The notes: generated from the letters alone by a model not told the origin. Counted from the stretch's first letter, positions 48,155 through 59,070 are shown. The stretch: DNA of 64,000 nt from Minisyncoccota bacterium (GCA_041666045.1 JBAYHR010000001.1:21107-85106); one strand, 5' to 3'. Made by a program: numbers and translations.

Positions 48155-49684
48155 ATGGCAAAGACGAATCGGGTTCAGATAATCAAATATGCTCCGCCTC
48201 CACCAGAATTACCTGTTTTTGGAAAGGTAAAACCAGAAGAGGTTTCTTTTATTGGGCGTACGAATTATGTCGCTGCTCTTGAAGAAAAGAAGTTTATTTT
48301 CGGTATAAAGCGTGTTGACCGCCGAAGGCACCTTTATATTATTGGAAAGTCTGGCGTTGGTAAGACCAAGCTTCTTGAGCTTATGATTAGACAAGATGTT
48401 ACATATGGCCATGGTATGTGTTTAATTGACCCACATGGTGATGTTATTGATGCAATGCTGGATTATATACCTAAAGAGCGTATTGAAGATGTTTGCATTA
48501 TAGATCCTTCAGATGTTGATTTCCCAGCTTCTTTCAACCCTTTGGCAAATGTTGATCCAATGTTTAAATTTCAATTGACTCAAGGTTTGATTGAAGTTCT
48601 ACAAAAACAATTCGGGGCAAATTGGACTCCAAGACTTGAGCACGTTTTTCGTTTTACATGTTTAGCCTTACTTGATTATCCTCATGCGACAATGCGCGGA
48701 ATGATATCAATGCTTACAGATAGAAATTATAGACAGAAAGTTGTTGAATATATTACAGATGATATGGTTAAAAGATTCTTCGCAATCGAATTCGCGGATT
48801 GGTCTGAAAAATTTGATACAGACGCCATTATTCCGCTTGTAAATAAACTCGGACAATTTTTGTCTGATCCTTTGCTTCGTAATATTTTCGGACAAAAACA
48901 AAATAAAATAGATATTAGCAAATTGATGAATGAGCAGAAAATAATTTTTATTAATTTATCTAAGGGACGTATCGGTGAGGAAAATTCGTCTTTCTTTGGT
49001 TCAATGTTTTTAACAAAAATAAAACAAGCTGGAATGGAACGTGCTGCTATTCCTGAAAATGAGCGCAATGATTTTTATCTGTATGTAGACGAGTTCCAAA
49101 ATATAGTTACTCAAACATTTGAAAATATTTTGTCAGAAGCTAGAAAATATGGTTTGAATTTAACTGTTGCTCATCAATACGTAGGACAGATTTTACCAAA
49201 AGTTCATCAAGCTGTGTTAGGAAACGTGGGTAGTGTTATTACTTTCCGTGTTGGAGGAGAAGATGCTGTAAAATTAAAACCAGAATTTGCTCCAATATTC
49301 GAAGTTAAAGATATGATCAACTTAGCTGTTGGTGAAATTTATGTCAAGATGACAATTGATGGAGAATCTTACGATCCATTTTCTGCTGAAACTTTAAGAG
49401 TTTTACCGCCAACGCATCCATCATATAAAAAAGAAATTATTGAAGCTTCTCGTAAAAAATATTCAATTTCAAAAGATGACGCACAAAAGCTTATTTCAGA
49501 AGAAGAAGCAACGATTATAAGAAGTGCTGAAGAAAAAGCAATTATAGAAGGAAAAGCAAAAAGGAAAGCGAAAGAAAATAAGAAAGAAATAGAAGAAACA
49601 GATGAAGAAGAAGAAATAGAAGAAGAGAAAGAAAAAATAGTACAAAAAATAAAAAAAGATGGCGAATCTGAGCCAATGATTTAA
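48155..49684 (+). CDS. FtsK/HerA-superfamily P-loop ATPase, paralog of 45726-47846
   Basis: [38 protein letters not shown]-rich tail. About 40% identical to the upstream paralog by eye. Confidence 0.6.
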   Translation: MAKTNRVQIIKYAPPPPELPVFGKVKPEEVSFIGRTNYVAALEEKKFIFGIKRVDRRRHLYIIGKSGVGKTKLLELMIRQDVTYGHGMCLIDPHGDVIDAMLDYIPKERIEDVCIIDPSDVDFPASFNPLANVDPMFKFQLTQGLIEVLQKQFGANWTPRLEHVFRFTCLALLDYPHATMRGMISMLTDRNYRQKVVEYITDDMVKRFFAIEFADWSEKFDTDAIIPLVNKLGQFLSDPLLRNIFGQKQNKIDISKLMNEQKIIFINLSKGRIGEENSSFFGSMFLTKIKQAGMERAAIPENERNDFYLYVDEFQNIVTQTFENILSEARKYGLNLTVAHQYVGQILPKVHQAVLGNVGSVITFRVGGEDAVKLKPEFAPIFEVKDMINLAVGEIYVKMTIDGESYDPFSAETLRVLPPTHPSYKKEIIEASRKKYSISKDDAQKLISEEEATIIRSAEEKAIIEGKAKRKAKENKKEIEETDEEEEIEEEKEKIVQKIKKDGESEPMI

Positions 49685-49694
49685 TTTTAAATAT

Positions 49695-50342
49695 ATGAGT
49701 AAAGATTATTACAACATTTTAGGTGTGAAAAAAGATGCTTCTAAAGACGAAATAAAGAAGGCTTTTTATAAATTGGCGCATAAATATCATCCCGATAAAA
49801 AAGGCGGAGATGAAGTTAAATTTAAAGAAGTAAATGAAGCTTATCAAACTCTTTCTGATGATTCTAAGCGTTCAAAATATGATCAATTTGGATCAGGTTT
49901 TGAAAATATGCAAGGAGGACAAGGAGGTTATCAACAAGGTGGATTTGGTGGTTTTGATTTTTCTGGCTTTCAGAATGGAGGAGCTGAATTTGATTTTGGA
50001 AACTTAAATGATATTTTCTCAGATTTTTTTGGAGGTGGAAGGGGTGGCTTTAGAGCACGAACTCCTCGTGGACGGGATTTCCAAACTGAAATTCAAGTTT
50101 CTTTTATAGATTCTATTTTAGGAACAGAGAAAAAAATAATTATAACTGGGCATAAAGAAATAACAATTAAAATACCAGCAGGTATTCGCAGTGGTGAAAG
50201 TCTTAAAATGACAGGTTATGGAGAGACAGTTAAAAATGGAAAAGCAGGGGATTTGTATATAAAAATAAATGTAAAAATGCCAACTAAGATTTCTAAAAGA
50301 GCCCACGAGCTCTTAGAAGAACTCAAAAAAGAGGGGATTTAA
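49695..50342 (+). CDS. dnaJ: DnaJ-like co-chaperone lacking the CxxCxGxG zinc-finger domain
   Basis: J-domain DYYNILGV...HKYHPDK, G/F-rich linker, C-terminal peptide-binding fragment. Only 215 aa. Confidence 0.75.
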   Translation: MSKDYYNILGVKKDASKDEIKKAFYKLAHKYHPDKKGGDEVKFKEVNEAYQTLSDDSKRSKYDQFGSGFENMQGGQGGYQQGGFGGFDFSGFQNGGAEFDFGNLNDIFSDFFGGGRGGFRARTPRGRDFQTEIQVSFIDSILGTEKKIIITGHKEITIKIPAGIRSGESLKMTGYGETVKNGKAGDLYIKINVKMPTKISKRAHELLEELKKEGI

Positions 50343-50499
50343 TCAAAAATATCCTTATTTATAAGGGTAAAAAAGCTTGACTTTTGTATTTTAATATGCT
50401 ACCATTAAAAGGTATTTTAGATCTTTGATATTGGTTTTTATTGGTGACTAGAGAAGGTTTATAAAAATCTTTTGTAGTCACCAATTAAACTTAATTATT

Positions 50500-50754
50500 A
50501 TGGAAACAAATCAAATTTTAATGATTTTAATTTGCGGGATGCTTTGGATTATTTCAGGGTTATTTACCGCATTTTTGATGGTTTTTTCAGATCTTAAATC
50601 AAATGAACTTGTAACAAATTTTACAGAACGATGGATTTTGGATAAAAAATATCCTTTTTATTCAGTATGTCTTTTGATTATTATTGGTCCAATTTCATTA
50701 TTTTTAGGAATTTTAATTCTTATTTTTTTTATTGATAATATTGCAAGAAAGTAA
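50500..50754 (+). CDS. small membrane protein
   Basis: 84 aa with two hydrophobic helices. Followed by the terminator aaaagctgagtttttaactcagcttttttt. Confidence 0.35.
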   Translation: METNQILMILICGMLWIISGLFTAFLMVFSDLKSNELVTNFTERWILDKKYPFYSVCLLIIIGPISLFLGILILIFFIDNIARK

Positions 50755-50841
50755 GAATATAAAAAATTTTTTTTAAAAGCTGAGTTTTTAACTCAGCTTT
50801 TTTTATTTACTTATTTTAATATTTCTTGCTATGATTAATAA

Positions 50842-51426
50842 ATGCTTCCGGAAAAAATTATTTATATTGGAGTTGCAGTTAATCTTTTGTTTACTTTTTG
50901 GTATATAAAAAGTATTTTTCGTGGTGGCACTCGACCAAATATGGTTTCTTGGATTATTTGGTCCTTGGCGCCTTTTGTAGCTGTATTTTTAGGTTATAAA
51001 GCCGGAGGAGGAATTTCACTTTTGGGTGCTTTTATGTCTGGGTTTACTCCACTTTTAGTTTTTATTTTCTGTTTATTTAAAAAAGATTGTTTTTGGAAGA
51101 TAGGGTTGCTAGATATTTTTTGTGGGGTTTTATCAATTTTTGCCCTTGTTTTTTATATATTAACAAATAATTTATGGATATCAGTTCTTTTCGCTATTGC
51201 GAGTGATTTATTGGCATTTTTACCTACTTTTATAAAAACATGGAAATATCCTGAAACAGAAAATAGTTTCGTGTATTTAGGTGGAATTTTCAATAATATA
51301 ATAGCATTACTTATTATTAAAGATTGGTCTTTTACAGTATATTCTTTTAGTTTTTATATAGTTATTGCAAGTACTTTAGAAATTTTCTTTATTTACCGCA
51401 AGAGAATTTTTAAGAAAGCAATTTAG
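50842..51426 (+). CDS. polytopic membrane protein
   Basis: 194 aa with 5-6 predicted TM helices. Confidence 0.4.
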   Translation: MLPEKIIYIGVAVNLLFTFWYIKSIFRGGTRPNMVSWIIWSLAPFVAVFLGYKAGGGISLLGAFMSGFTPLLVFIFCLFKKDCFWKIGLLDIFCGVLSIFALVFYILTNNLWISVLFAIASDLLAFLPTFIKTWKYPETENSFVYLGGIFNNIIALLIIKDWSFTVYSFSFYIVIASTLEIFFIYRKRIFKKAI

Positions 51427-52369
51427 TTTTGAATTTATTTGCCATTATTTTATAGCAAATTGAGGCTGCGCCAAATTCTGTCAGAACACAATCTTTTTGG
51501 GGAGATACTTCTACTATATCCACACCGATGACATTTTTTGCTTCTATAATTTTTTCTATCAAATCTAAACCATATTTCCATTTAAGGCCTCCTTGGACAG
51601 GTGTTCCAGTGCCTGGCATACAGGAAGGATCAAATCCATCAACGTCGATAGTCAAATAAACTTTTTTTGTTTTTATTGATGAAATTATTTCACTTATTTC
51701 TGGAGGATTTTTAGTTTTTTTAGTCCATTCAAATACACTAATTGTTTTTTTATTTGCTTGCCAATATTCATATTCATTTTTTGAAAAAGTACGAATACCA
51801 ACTTGAACTAAATTAAAACCTAATTCATGTGGTCTACGCATTGCGCAAGAATGTGCATATTTTGTAGGGTGAGAACTATAATCACTATTGTCATCACGCA
51901 AATCTTGATGAGCATCTATTTGCACTATAGTTATATCTTTTGGATTTTCTTTTTTTGAAATTGCATCAAATGCGCCGATGGATACCGTATGTTCACCACC
52001 AAGCATAATGATAAATTTATTATCATTAAATGACTTTGTATATTCTTCAGATATTTTTTTAATAGCTTTTTCTGGAGAAAGTTTTTTTATATTAGTAATT
52101 TCTTTATGATATGTTTTTAGTTTTTTTGCTGGCTCACAAAGAAAATTAATATCAAAAAGTTCTAGATTGTTATTCAAACAATCCAATATTTTTTTAGGTG
52201 CTTTTGAAGTACCACCCATAAAAGAAACACCTTTTTCATAAGGAGCACTTAATATCACCACATCAGCCTCTTTTAAATTTTTTGTGTTTATAACTGTATC
52301 TATCATAAAAATGATATTTGTTAGCAATAGAATTAATGATACTAAATAAAGCTTCTTTTTGCAAAACAA
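51410..52369 (-). CDS. arginase/agmatinase-family ureohydrolase
   Basis: Mn-binding motifs GGEHTVS, QIDAHQDLRDD, IDVDGFDPSCMPGTGTPVQGG. N-terminal signal/TM. Confidence 0.7.
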   Translation of the reverse strand: MFCKKKLYLVSLILLLTNIIFMIDTVINTKNLKEADVVILSAPYEKGVSFMGGTSKAPKKILDCLNNNLELFDINFLCEPAKKLKTYHKEITNIKKLSPEKAIKKISEEYTKSFNDNKFIIMLGGEHTVSIGAFDAISKKENPKDITIVQIDAHQDLRDDNSDYSSHPTKYAHSCAMRRPHELGFNLVQVGIRTFSKNEYEYWQANKKTISVFEWTKKTKNPPEISEIISSIKTKKVYLTIDVDGFDPSCMPGTGTPVQGGLKWKYGLDLIEKIIEAKNVIGVDIVEVSPQKDCVLTEFGAASICYKIMANKFKTKLLS

Positions 52370-53648
52370 TTGTTGTATAATGGTTCCTATGAAATATGAT
52401 ATAAAAAATATAGATTTAGCAGAACAAGGTTTGAAGAAGATTAAATGGGCTTCTAATGATATGCCAGTATTAGATGGAATATCAAAAGATTTTAAAAAAA
52501 GAAAACCTTTTAAAAATAATACAATTGGTGCGTGTTTACACGTGACAGCAGAGACAGCGAATTTAATGATTGCTTTAAAGGAAGGTGGCGCGAATGCGGT
52601 ATTGTGCGCTTCGAATCCTATGTCTACTCAAGACGATGTAGCTGCTGCTCTTGTTAAATTTTATAAAATTCCAGTTTTTGCAAAAAAAGGAGAAAATAAT
52701 AAAGAATATTTTTCACACATAAATGCAGTGCTTGATTCAAATCCAGATATTACTATGGATGACGGAGCTGATTTAGTTTCTTTGCTTCATAGTGAAAGAC
52801 CAAAACAATTAGGGAAAATAAAAGGAGGGACAGAAGAGACGACAACGGGAGTAACAAGATTAAAATCAATGGCAAAAGAAGGCGCTTTGTTGTTTCCAGT
52901 GATTGCGGTGAATGATTCAATGACAAAACATTTTTTTGATAATAGATATGGCACAGGACAATCTACTTTAGATGGAATTATTCGCGCGACAAATAAACTT
53001 ATTGCCGGATCAGTTTTTGTCGTGGCTGGTTATGGATGGTGTGGAAAAGGTCTTGCTATGCGAGCACGTGGAATGGGTGCGAATGTTATTGTCACAGAAA
53101 TAGATCCTATTAAAGCTATCGAAGCATCTATGGATGGTTTTCGTGTGATGCCTATGAGTAAAGCTTCTAAAGAAGCAGATTTTATTTGCACTGTTACTGG
53201 TAATATAAGTGTGGTAAACGAAGATACTTTTAAAAATATGAAAAATGGATGCATCATTTCAAATTCAGGACACTTTGATGTTGAAATTGATTTGATAGCT
53301 TTACAAAAAATAACAAAACAAAAAAAGACATTAAGAGATTTCGTTGAAGAATATACGCTTAAAGATGGTAGATCTATTTTTGTTTTAGCCGGTGGACGCT
53401 TGGTAAATCTTGGAAGTGCTGAAGGACATCCAGCTTCTGTGATGGATATGAGTTTTGCGAATCAGGCTTTAGCAGGAGAATTTATTTTGAAAAATTACAA
53501 AACATTATCTAAAGATGTGCATGTTTTGCCAGAAGATTTAGATAGAAAAATCGCAGCTTTAAAACTGGATAGTTTTGGGATAAAAATAGACAGCTTATCT
53601 ACTCGTCAGAAAGAATATATTTCTGGATGGCGTGAAGGGACAAAATAA
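52359..53648 (+). CDS. ahcY: adenosylhomocysteinase
   Basis: HVTAETANLMIALKEGGANAV. NAD-binding GYGWCGKGLAMRARGMGANVIVTEIDP. Probable true start a few codons downstream (MKYDIKN). Confidence 0.85.
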   Translation: MQNNCCIMVPMKYDIKNIDLAEQGLKKIKWASNDMPVLDGISKDFKKRKPFKNNTIGACLHVTAETANLMIALKEGGANAVLCASNPMSTQDDVAAALVKFYKIPVFAKKGENNKEYFSHINAVLDSNPDITMDDGADLVSLLHSERPKQLGKIKGGTEETTTGVTRLKSMAKEGALLFPVIAVNDSMTKHFFDNRYGTGQSTLDGIIRATNKLIAGSVFVVAGYGWCGKGLAMRARGMGANVIVTEIDPIKAIEASMDGFRVMPMSKASKEADFICTVTGNISVVNEDTFKNMKNGCIISNSGHFDVEIDLIALQKITKQKKTLRDFVEEYTLKDGRSIFVLAGGRLVNLGSAEGHPASVMDMSFANQALAGEFILKNYKTLSKDVHVLPEDLDRKIAALKLDSFGIKIDSLSTRQKEYISGWREGTK

Positions 53649-53653
53649 ACTTT

Positions 53654-54514
53654 ATGAACAAAAAAGGGGAAATTATTGTCATAGGTTCTATTGTTCGTGA
53701 TATTGTAGAATTAACAAATGGAAAGAAAAAAGAGTTTTTAGGAGGAACAGGAGCTAATATTTCTTATGGGCTTGGGGTTTTAGGATTAAATCCAACACTT
53801 ATTTCTGTTGTAGGAAAAGATTTTAGTAAAAAAATTAAAGAATATTTTAAAAAAAATAAAATTAACTTGAACATCTTTAAAGATAAAAAAGAAGATACAG
53901 CTGTCTTTTCTGTTATTAAAAAAACAAAAGGCAAAGATATTGAAATATGGAAACCTAATGTTTTTAATAAAATTGAAAAATTATCATTATCTTATTTTTT
54001 AAATAAAAAAGAGCTTGAAAAAGTTAATATTATTATATTTTCTCCCGGAACTCCAATAAGTACACATTTACATTTAAAACAATTTTATGAAAAAGGAAAT
54101 AAAGATGCTGTTGTTATATTTGATCCAGGACAGATGACAAATATGTATACAAAAAAGCAATTTACAGAATGCTTGAAGTTTTCAGATATTTTAATTTTAA
54201 ATGAATTAGAATTTAAACAAGCTGAAAAAATTATAAAAAAGAAAATTTTGGAAAGTTTTAAAGATAAAATAATAATCAAAACACTTGGACATAAAGGAAG
54301 CGCAATTTATAAAAATAAAGAGGTATTTAATATACCTATTGTAAAGCCGAAAAAGGTTGTCAGTGCTGTTGGCGCAGGAGATGCATACAGAGCTGGACTT
54401 ATTTTTGGTATTTTAAATAAAATGAGTTTAGAAGAATCTTGTAAACTAGGCGCAAAACTAGCTTCTAAGAATGTTGAATTTTTAGGTTGCCAACAATATG
54501 ATTTTTCGTTATGA
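53654..54514 (+). CDS. PfkB-family carbohydrate/nucleoside kinase (likely adenosine kinase)
   Basis: C-terminal VSAVGAGDAYRAGLIFGIL anion-hole motif. Between ahcY and metK. Confidence 0.65.
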   Translation: MNKKGEIIVIGSIVRDIVELTNGKKKEFLGGTGANISYGLGVLGLNPTLISVVGKDFSKKIKEYFKKNKINLNIFKDKKEDTAVFSVIKKTKGKDIEIWKPNVFNKIEKLSLSYFLNKKELEKVNIIIFSPGTPISTHLHLKQFYEKGNKDAVVIFDPGQMTNMYTKKQFTECLKFSDILILNELEFKQAEKIIKKKILESFKDKIIIKTLGHKGSAIYKNKEVFNIPIVKPKKVVSAVGAGDAYRAGLIFGILNKMSLEESCKLGAKLASKNVEFLGCQQYDFSL

Positions 54515-54550
54515 TGATACAAGTTTAATTTATTAATTTAATTTTTTTTT

Positions 54551-55615
54551 ATGTTCTATAAACACAACAATAATTATACAGTTGAAAGTGTGACATCTGG
54601 ACATCCAGATAAAGTTTGCGATCAGATTTCAGATGCGATATTAGACGCATGTTTAAAACAAGATTCTAAAAGTAGAGTAGCGGTAGAAACATTTGGTGGA
54701 CATGGAAAGCTTATAATAGGAGGGGAAGTCACATCAACTGCAAAAGTTGATTATGCTCAAATAGCTCGGGATGTTTATAAAGAAATTGGTTATGATGAAA
54801 ATTTAGAAATTATTGTTAATGTTGTTACACAATCTCCAGATATTGCTATGGGTGTGGATACTGGAGGAGCAGGAGATCAAGGAATAATGTATGGTTATGC
54901 TACAGATGAGACAAAAGAATTTTTGCCTAAAGGAGTTGTGTTGGCGCACAAGCTAGCTTCTGGTTTAGAAAAATCAAGAAAGAGTGGTGAAATAAAATGG
55001 CTTCGTCCAGATGGAAAAACTCAAGTGACTTATTCAAATGGTGAGCTTCAAACAGTTTTAGTAAGTACACAACATGCGAAAGAAATATCTCAAGAAGAAA
55101 TTAAAAAAGAAATAACAGAAAAAATTATTAATCCTTTACTTTCTGAAGAAGAAAAAAAGACTGTTAAAATTTTAGTGAATCCTACAGGATTGTTCGTTCA
55201 AGGAGGATTCGAGGCTGATACAGGTTTAACTGGAAGAAAATTGATGGTGGATACTTATGGAGGTTTGATTCCTCATGGAGGCGGATGTTTCTCTGGAAAA
55301 GATTCTACGAAAGTGGATCGTTCTGCTGCATATATGGCTCGTTTTGCTGCGAAGAATTTAGTAGCCGCAGGTTATGGGAAAGAATGTTTAGTGAGTGTTG
55401 CTTATGCTATAGGTATGGCTGAACCTTTAATGATAGAAGCGATAAATGAAAAAGGGGAAGATCTTGCAGAAATAGTAAAAAAGAATTTTGATTTTCGTCC
55501 AAAATCTATAATAGAACGTTTAGGTTTACAAAATCCTATTTTTCAGCAAACTGCAGCTTATGGGCATTTTGGTGAGAGTAACTTGCCTTGGGAAAAAATT
55601 GAGAAAATAAACTAG
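54551..55615 (+). CDS. metK: S-adenosylmethionine synthetase
   Basis: ESVTSGHPDKVCDQISDAILDA, GGGCFSGKD. Confidence 0.85.
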   Translation: MFYKHNNNYTVESVTSGHPDKVCDQISDAILDACLKQDSKSRVAVETFGGHGKLIIGGEVTSTAKVDYAQIARDVYKEIGYDENLEIIVNVVTQSPDIAMGVDTGGAGDQGIMYGYATDETKEFLPKGVVLAHKLASGLEKSRKSGEIKWLRPDGKTQVTYSNGELQTVLVSTQHAKEISQEEIKKEITEKIINPLLSEEEKKTVKILVNPTGLFVQGGFEADTGLTGRKLMVDTYGGLIPHGGGCFSGKDSTKVDRSAAYMARFAAKNLVAAGYGKECLVSVAYAIGMAEPLMIEAINEKGEDLAEIVKKNFDFRPKSIIERLGLQNPIFQQTAAYGHFGESNLPWEKIEKIN

Positions 55616-55639
55616 ATTATTGTGTTATAATTTATCTAT

Positions 55640-56560
55640 ATGACATGGTTTTTTTTAGCGCTAGTTGCTCCATTTTTATGGGGAATAGTAAATATTGCTG
55701 ATAAATATTTAGTTTCTAAATATTCAGAAAAAGAAAAGGAACGTAGTTCTGGGGGGCTAGTTTTATTTTCTAGTTTAATTGGTATTTTTATCGCTATTTT
55801 AATATGGGCTTTTTCTTCTGATGTGTCTCATATTCCAATTTTAGACAAATTACTTTTGATGCTTACTGGGGTCATTACTATTGTATGGATTATTTTATAT
55901 TTATTTACTCTTGAGACAGAAGATATATCGACAGTCGTTCCATGGTTTTTAACTGTGCCAATATTTGGTTATGTTTTAGGATATATATTTTTAGGTGAGA
56001 CACTTTCTGGTCAACAAATCATAGGATCTTTTGTAACGTTGTTTGGTGTATTTTTAATTTCTTCAGATTTTTCTGAAGAAGGGAAGAAATTTAAATGGAG
56101 ACCAGTTATTTATATGATGGTTGCTTGTTTTTTAGTAGCAATTTCTGGAATTTTATTTAAATATGTGACAGTTGAAAATAATTTTTGGATATCATCTTTT
56201 TGGGAATATGTAGGTCTTGGACTTACTGGTATGATTATATTTTTATTTATTCCAAAATATAGAAGAGAATTTATGCATATGAACAGGGCAGGGGGTAAGA
56301 AGATTTTTTTTGTTAATATTGCAAGTGAACTTATGACAATATCTGGGAATCTTTTAACAAATTTTGCCTTGCTTTTAGCTCCTGTATCTATGGTGTATCT
56401 TGTAGGAAGTTTCCAGCCAGCAATAGTTTTATTCTTAACAATTTTATGCACAAGTTTCTTGCCACACATTGCAAAAGAAAATATGGACAAATATGCAATT
56501 TTTCCTAAAATAGCTGCTGTTGGAATCATGATTATCGGAAGTATTATATTGTTTATGTAA
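55640..56560 (+). CDS. EamA/DMT-family transporter
   Basis: Ten predicted TM helices in two repeated halves. Confidence 0.6.
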   Translation: MTWFFLALVAPFLWGIVNIADKYLVSKYSEKEKERSSGGLVLFSSLIGIFIAILIWAFSSDVSHIPILDKLLLMLTGVITIVWIILYLFTLETEDISTVVPWFLTVPIFGYVLGYIFLGETLSGQQIIGSFVTLFGVFLISSDFSEEGKKFKWRPVIYMMVACFLVAISGILFKYVTVENNFWISSFWEYVGLGLTGMIIFLFIPKYRREFMHMNRAGGKKIFFVNIASELMTISGNLLTNFALLLAPVSMVYLVGSFQPAIVLFLTILCTSFLPHIAKENMDKYAIFPKIAAVGIMIIGSIILFM

Positions 56561-56565
56561 AATTT

Positions 56566-56676
56566 ATGATAAAAGCAATTGCCTTTGATTATGGTGGAGT
56601 TATAGAAATAGAAGAAGGAGACTCAATACAAGAAATTAAGAGAAGAATTATTAGAGATATTGTAATAAAATTATGA
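56566..56676 (+). pseudogene. possible HAD-hydrolase N-terminal remnant (36 aa)
   Basis: MIKAIAFDYGGVIEIEE resembles HAD motif I, with the nucleophile Asp degenerate. Overlaps the next start. Confidence 0.2.
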
Positions 56677-56915
56677 AAAAAGTTTTTACAGAAATAGGTA
56701 TTGGAAATGATACATTTTTTTCGACAGAATTTGAAGAAGAAAATTCTGAATATAGAATTTCAAAATTTATTTTGCCAAATAAAATAACTGGATTTTACTT
56801 TCGTTTTTGGTTATTCAAAAAAGTTTTCATTTTATCTTCAAATAAGGGTTTTGAAATAGTTAGAAAAGATAGAAATAGATTAAAAATATTATTTGGAATA
56901 AGCGGAAAAACTTAA
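56673..56915 (+). CDS. hypothetical protein (80 aa)
   Basis: ORF followed by a hairpin terminator at about 56985-57025. Confidence 0.3.
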   Translation: MKKVFTEIGIGNDTFFSTEFEEENSEYRISKFILPNKITGFYFRFWLFKKVFILSSNKGFEIVRKDRNRLKILFGISGKT

Positions 56916-57041
56916 AATTTATGAGAAGTTAAATTGAACCATCAAAAAAAATTACAAGAATCGTTATTGCGAACTAAAAAAGGTAGATTTATATTATAAA
57001 TCTGCCTTTTATTTTTAATTTATTTCACAAACAAAGTAAAC

Positions 57042-58091
57042 TTATTTACCCCAAATAATTTCTAAAATTTCTTTTCTTAATTTATCAATTAATTGAGGCG
57101 ATTCCCTTGAGGGATGTACTCTGTTAGTTAATAATATAAAGTACGTATTATCGTCTGGATAAATCCACATACTAGTACCAGTGAAACCATAATGACCATA
57201 TATAGTTTTACTGTCTTCAGTGAAAATATTCCATGCAATTCCTCTAGACTCATTAAGCCCTTCGGTAGAATTAACTAATGATGCTTTTATTGATTTACAC
57301 TCTAAAATCTTTTGGTTTTTAAAGTTTCCGCAAGAAAGTATCATTTGACAAAAGTTGCTTAAATCCTCACTATTAGAGAAAACCCCAGCATGACCAGCTA
57401 TACCACCCAACCAATCTGCATTTTCATCATGAACAACGCCACGCTTACAAAAAGTTAGATCATTGTTACATTCGGTTGAAGCTATTTTTGTAGTAATGTA
57501 GTCAGGTGGAATAAACATTGTATTATTCATTCCTAAGGGTTGCCATATGTTTTTCGTAACATATTGACTTAAAGTCATACTAGTGATTTGTTCTATAATA
57601 AAACCCAATAATATAAAGGGTCTATTACTATATACAACTTTTTCTCCAGTAATATAATCAGTATCAGCATTAAGAATACCAGATAAAATATCTTCTTTCT
57701 TGCTACCATACTGTTTTAGATAAGTTTTTGCTTGCAATCCTGATGTATGGGTTAAAAGGTGTTTGATAGTTATTTGGCCAACAGTGGAATTTACCACTCC
57801 TGGAAAAAATTTTTCTAATTTATCATCAAAACTCAATAATCCCAAATCAATTAATTTAATTACACTTGGCCAAGTAGCGATAATTTTTGTCATTGAAGCA
57901 ATGTCAAATATAGTATCAAGTTCCATAACTTCCTTTCCGTTTTCTTTTGGAAATTGTTTTTTATAGCCAAAAGCACGGTGTAACAAAATTTGATCTCCTC
58001 TTCCTACCTTAATTACAGCACCAGATATACCATCTTTTTCAACGGCATTTTTTACCACTTCAACAATTTTTTCAATTTTCTCTGATTTCAT
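57042..58091 (-). CDS. serine hydrolase, beta-lactamase/DD-peptidase family
   Basis: SxxK FDIASMTK, YxN YSNRPF, HAG-type box GHAGV. Confidence 0.7.
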   Translation of the reverse strand: MKSEKIEKIVEVVKNAVEKDGISGAVIKVGRGDQILLHRAFGYKKQFPKENGKEVMELDTIFDIASMTKIIATWPSVIKLIDLGLLSFDDKLEKFFPGVVNSTVGQITIKHLLTHTSGLQAKTYLKQYGSKKEDILSGILNADTDYITGEKVVYSNRPFILLGFIIEQITSMTLSQYVTKNIWQPLGMNNTMFIPPDYITTKIASTECNNDLTFCKRGVVHDENADWLGGIAGHAGVFSNSEDLSNFCQMILSCGNFKNQKILECKSIKASLVNSTEGLNESRGIAWNIFTEDSKTIYGHYGFTGTSMWIYPDDNTYFILLTNRVHPSRESPQLIDKLRKEILEIIWGK

Positions 58092-58101
58092 TTTTTTAAT
58101 T

Positions 58102-59070
58102 TTACAATGTTATTTCTGAAGAACCATCTAAATATAGTTTCCCGATAATGGAGCCATTCTTATTAACAAATGGTACCCAAAAATCGTTTCTAGTACTCAC
58201 CATCTGGTTTGGAAAATAATTTTCTGCAAAAATTTTACAAATGCGATGAACAACTTCTGCTGTAACATGCCTTCCGTCTTCTTGCCAAATCTTAAAGTTT
58301 CTTTCAACAAAGGACTGCACAATTTCATAAGATGGAAAATATATCACATTTTTATAAATCTCACAAACCTTCTGTATCGCAGCATGTAATAATGATTTGG
58401 AAAGATTGTTCGCAACTCTAATGTCTAAACCAGAAGCCGTGTATTTTAATGGTACAGGCGAAAGGGTTAAAAAAAAGATCATATCATCTCTTATGTATTT
58501 TCTTGTGAGATCAATAATTTCACTCAATGAAAAAATCGTTTCATCATAAGAGGCAAATTTATTACACCATTTATCCTCTCCTTCCATTAAGGCTCTCAAT
58601 GGGACTTGATTAAGTATAATTGATTCATTGTATTTATCAAACCATACTTCTGACAACCCTAGTGTAATCAAGATAGAATTACAAGAAAATAAAGACTCTT
58701 TGGCTATCTGATCAAATTCAAGATTTTTTTCCGTAAGCAATTGAATGGATGCTTCTTTAATACAACTTCTCCACGGATCACAATAAATTATCTTTTTATT
58801 ACGATGTTCCGTTACTATGCCTTGTTTCCAATCTAAGTTACCAAGTAATCGTTTGAACTCAGAATTTATTGAAAAAGAATTATACAATATATCCCAAGGT
58901 TGATTAAGACAAGAAATATTATTATGCAATAACCATCTTGAAAAATTTCTAGAAAAACAGCTTCCCATCGTTACCATCTTTTTAGGATCAATGCATGTAT
59001 TTATATGTATTGATTTATTAATCTTAGGTTCAATATCTATCCCCCAAGAATCAGTAAATATTTTTCTCAT
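58102..59070 (-). CDS. GSCFA-family protein
   Basis: N-terminal MGSCFSRNF, the motif that names the GSCFA family. 322 aa. Confidence 0.4.
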   Translation of the reverse strand: MRKIFTDSWGIDIEPKINKSIHINTCIDPKKMVTMGSCFSRNFSRWLLHNNISCLNQPWDILYNSFSINSEFKRLLGNLDWKQGIVTEHRNKKIIYCDPWRSCIKEASIQLLTEKNLEFDQIAKESLFSCNSILITLGLSEVWFDKYNESIILNQVPLRALMEGEDKWCNKFASYDETIFSLSEIIDLTRKYIRDDMIFFLTLSPVPLKYTASGLDIRVANNLSKSLLHAAIQKVCEIYKNVIYFPSYEIVQSFVERNFKIWQEDGRHVTAEVVHRICKIFAENYFPNQMVSTRNDFWVPFVNKNGSIIGKLYLDGSSEITL

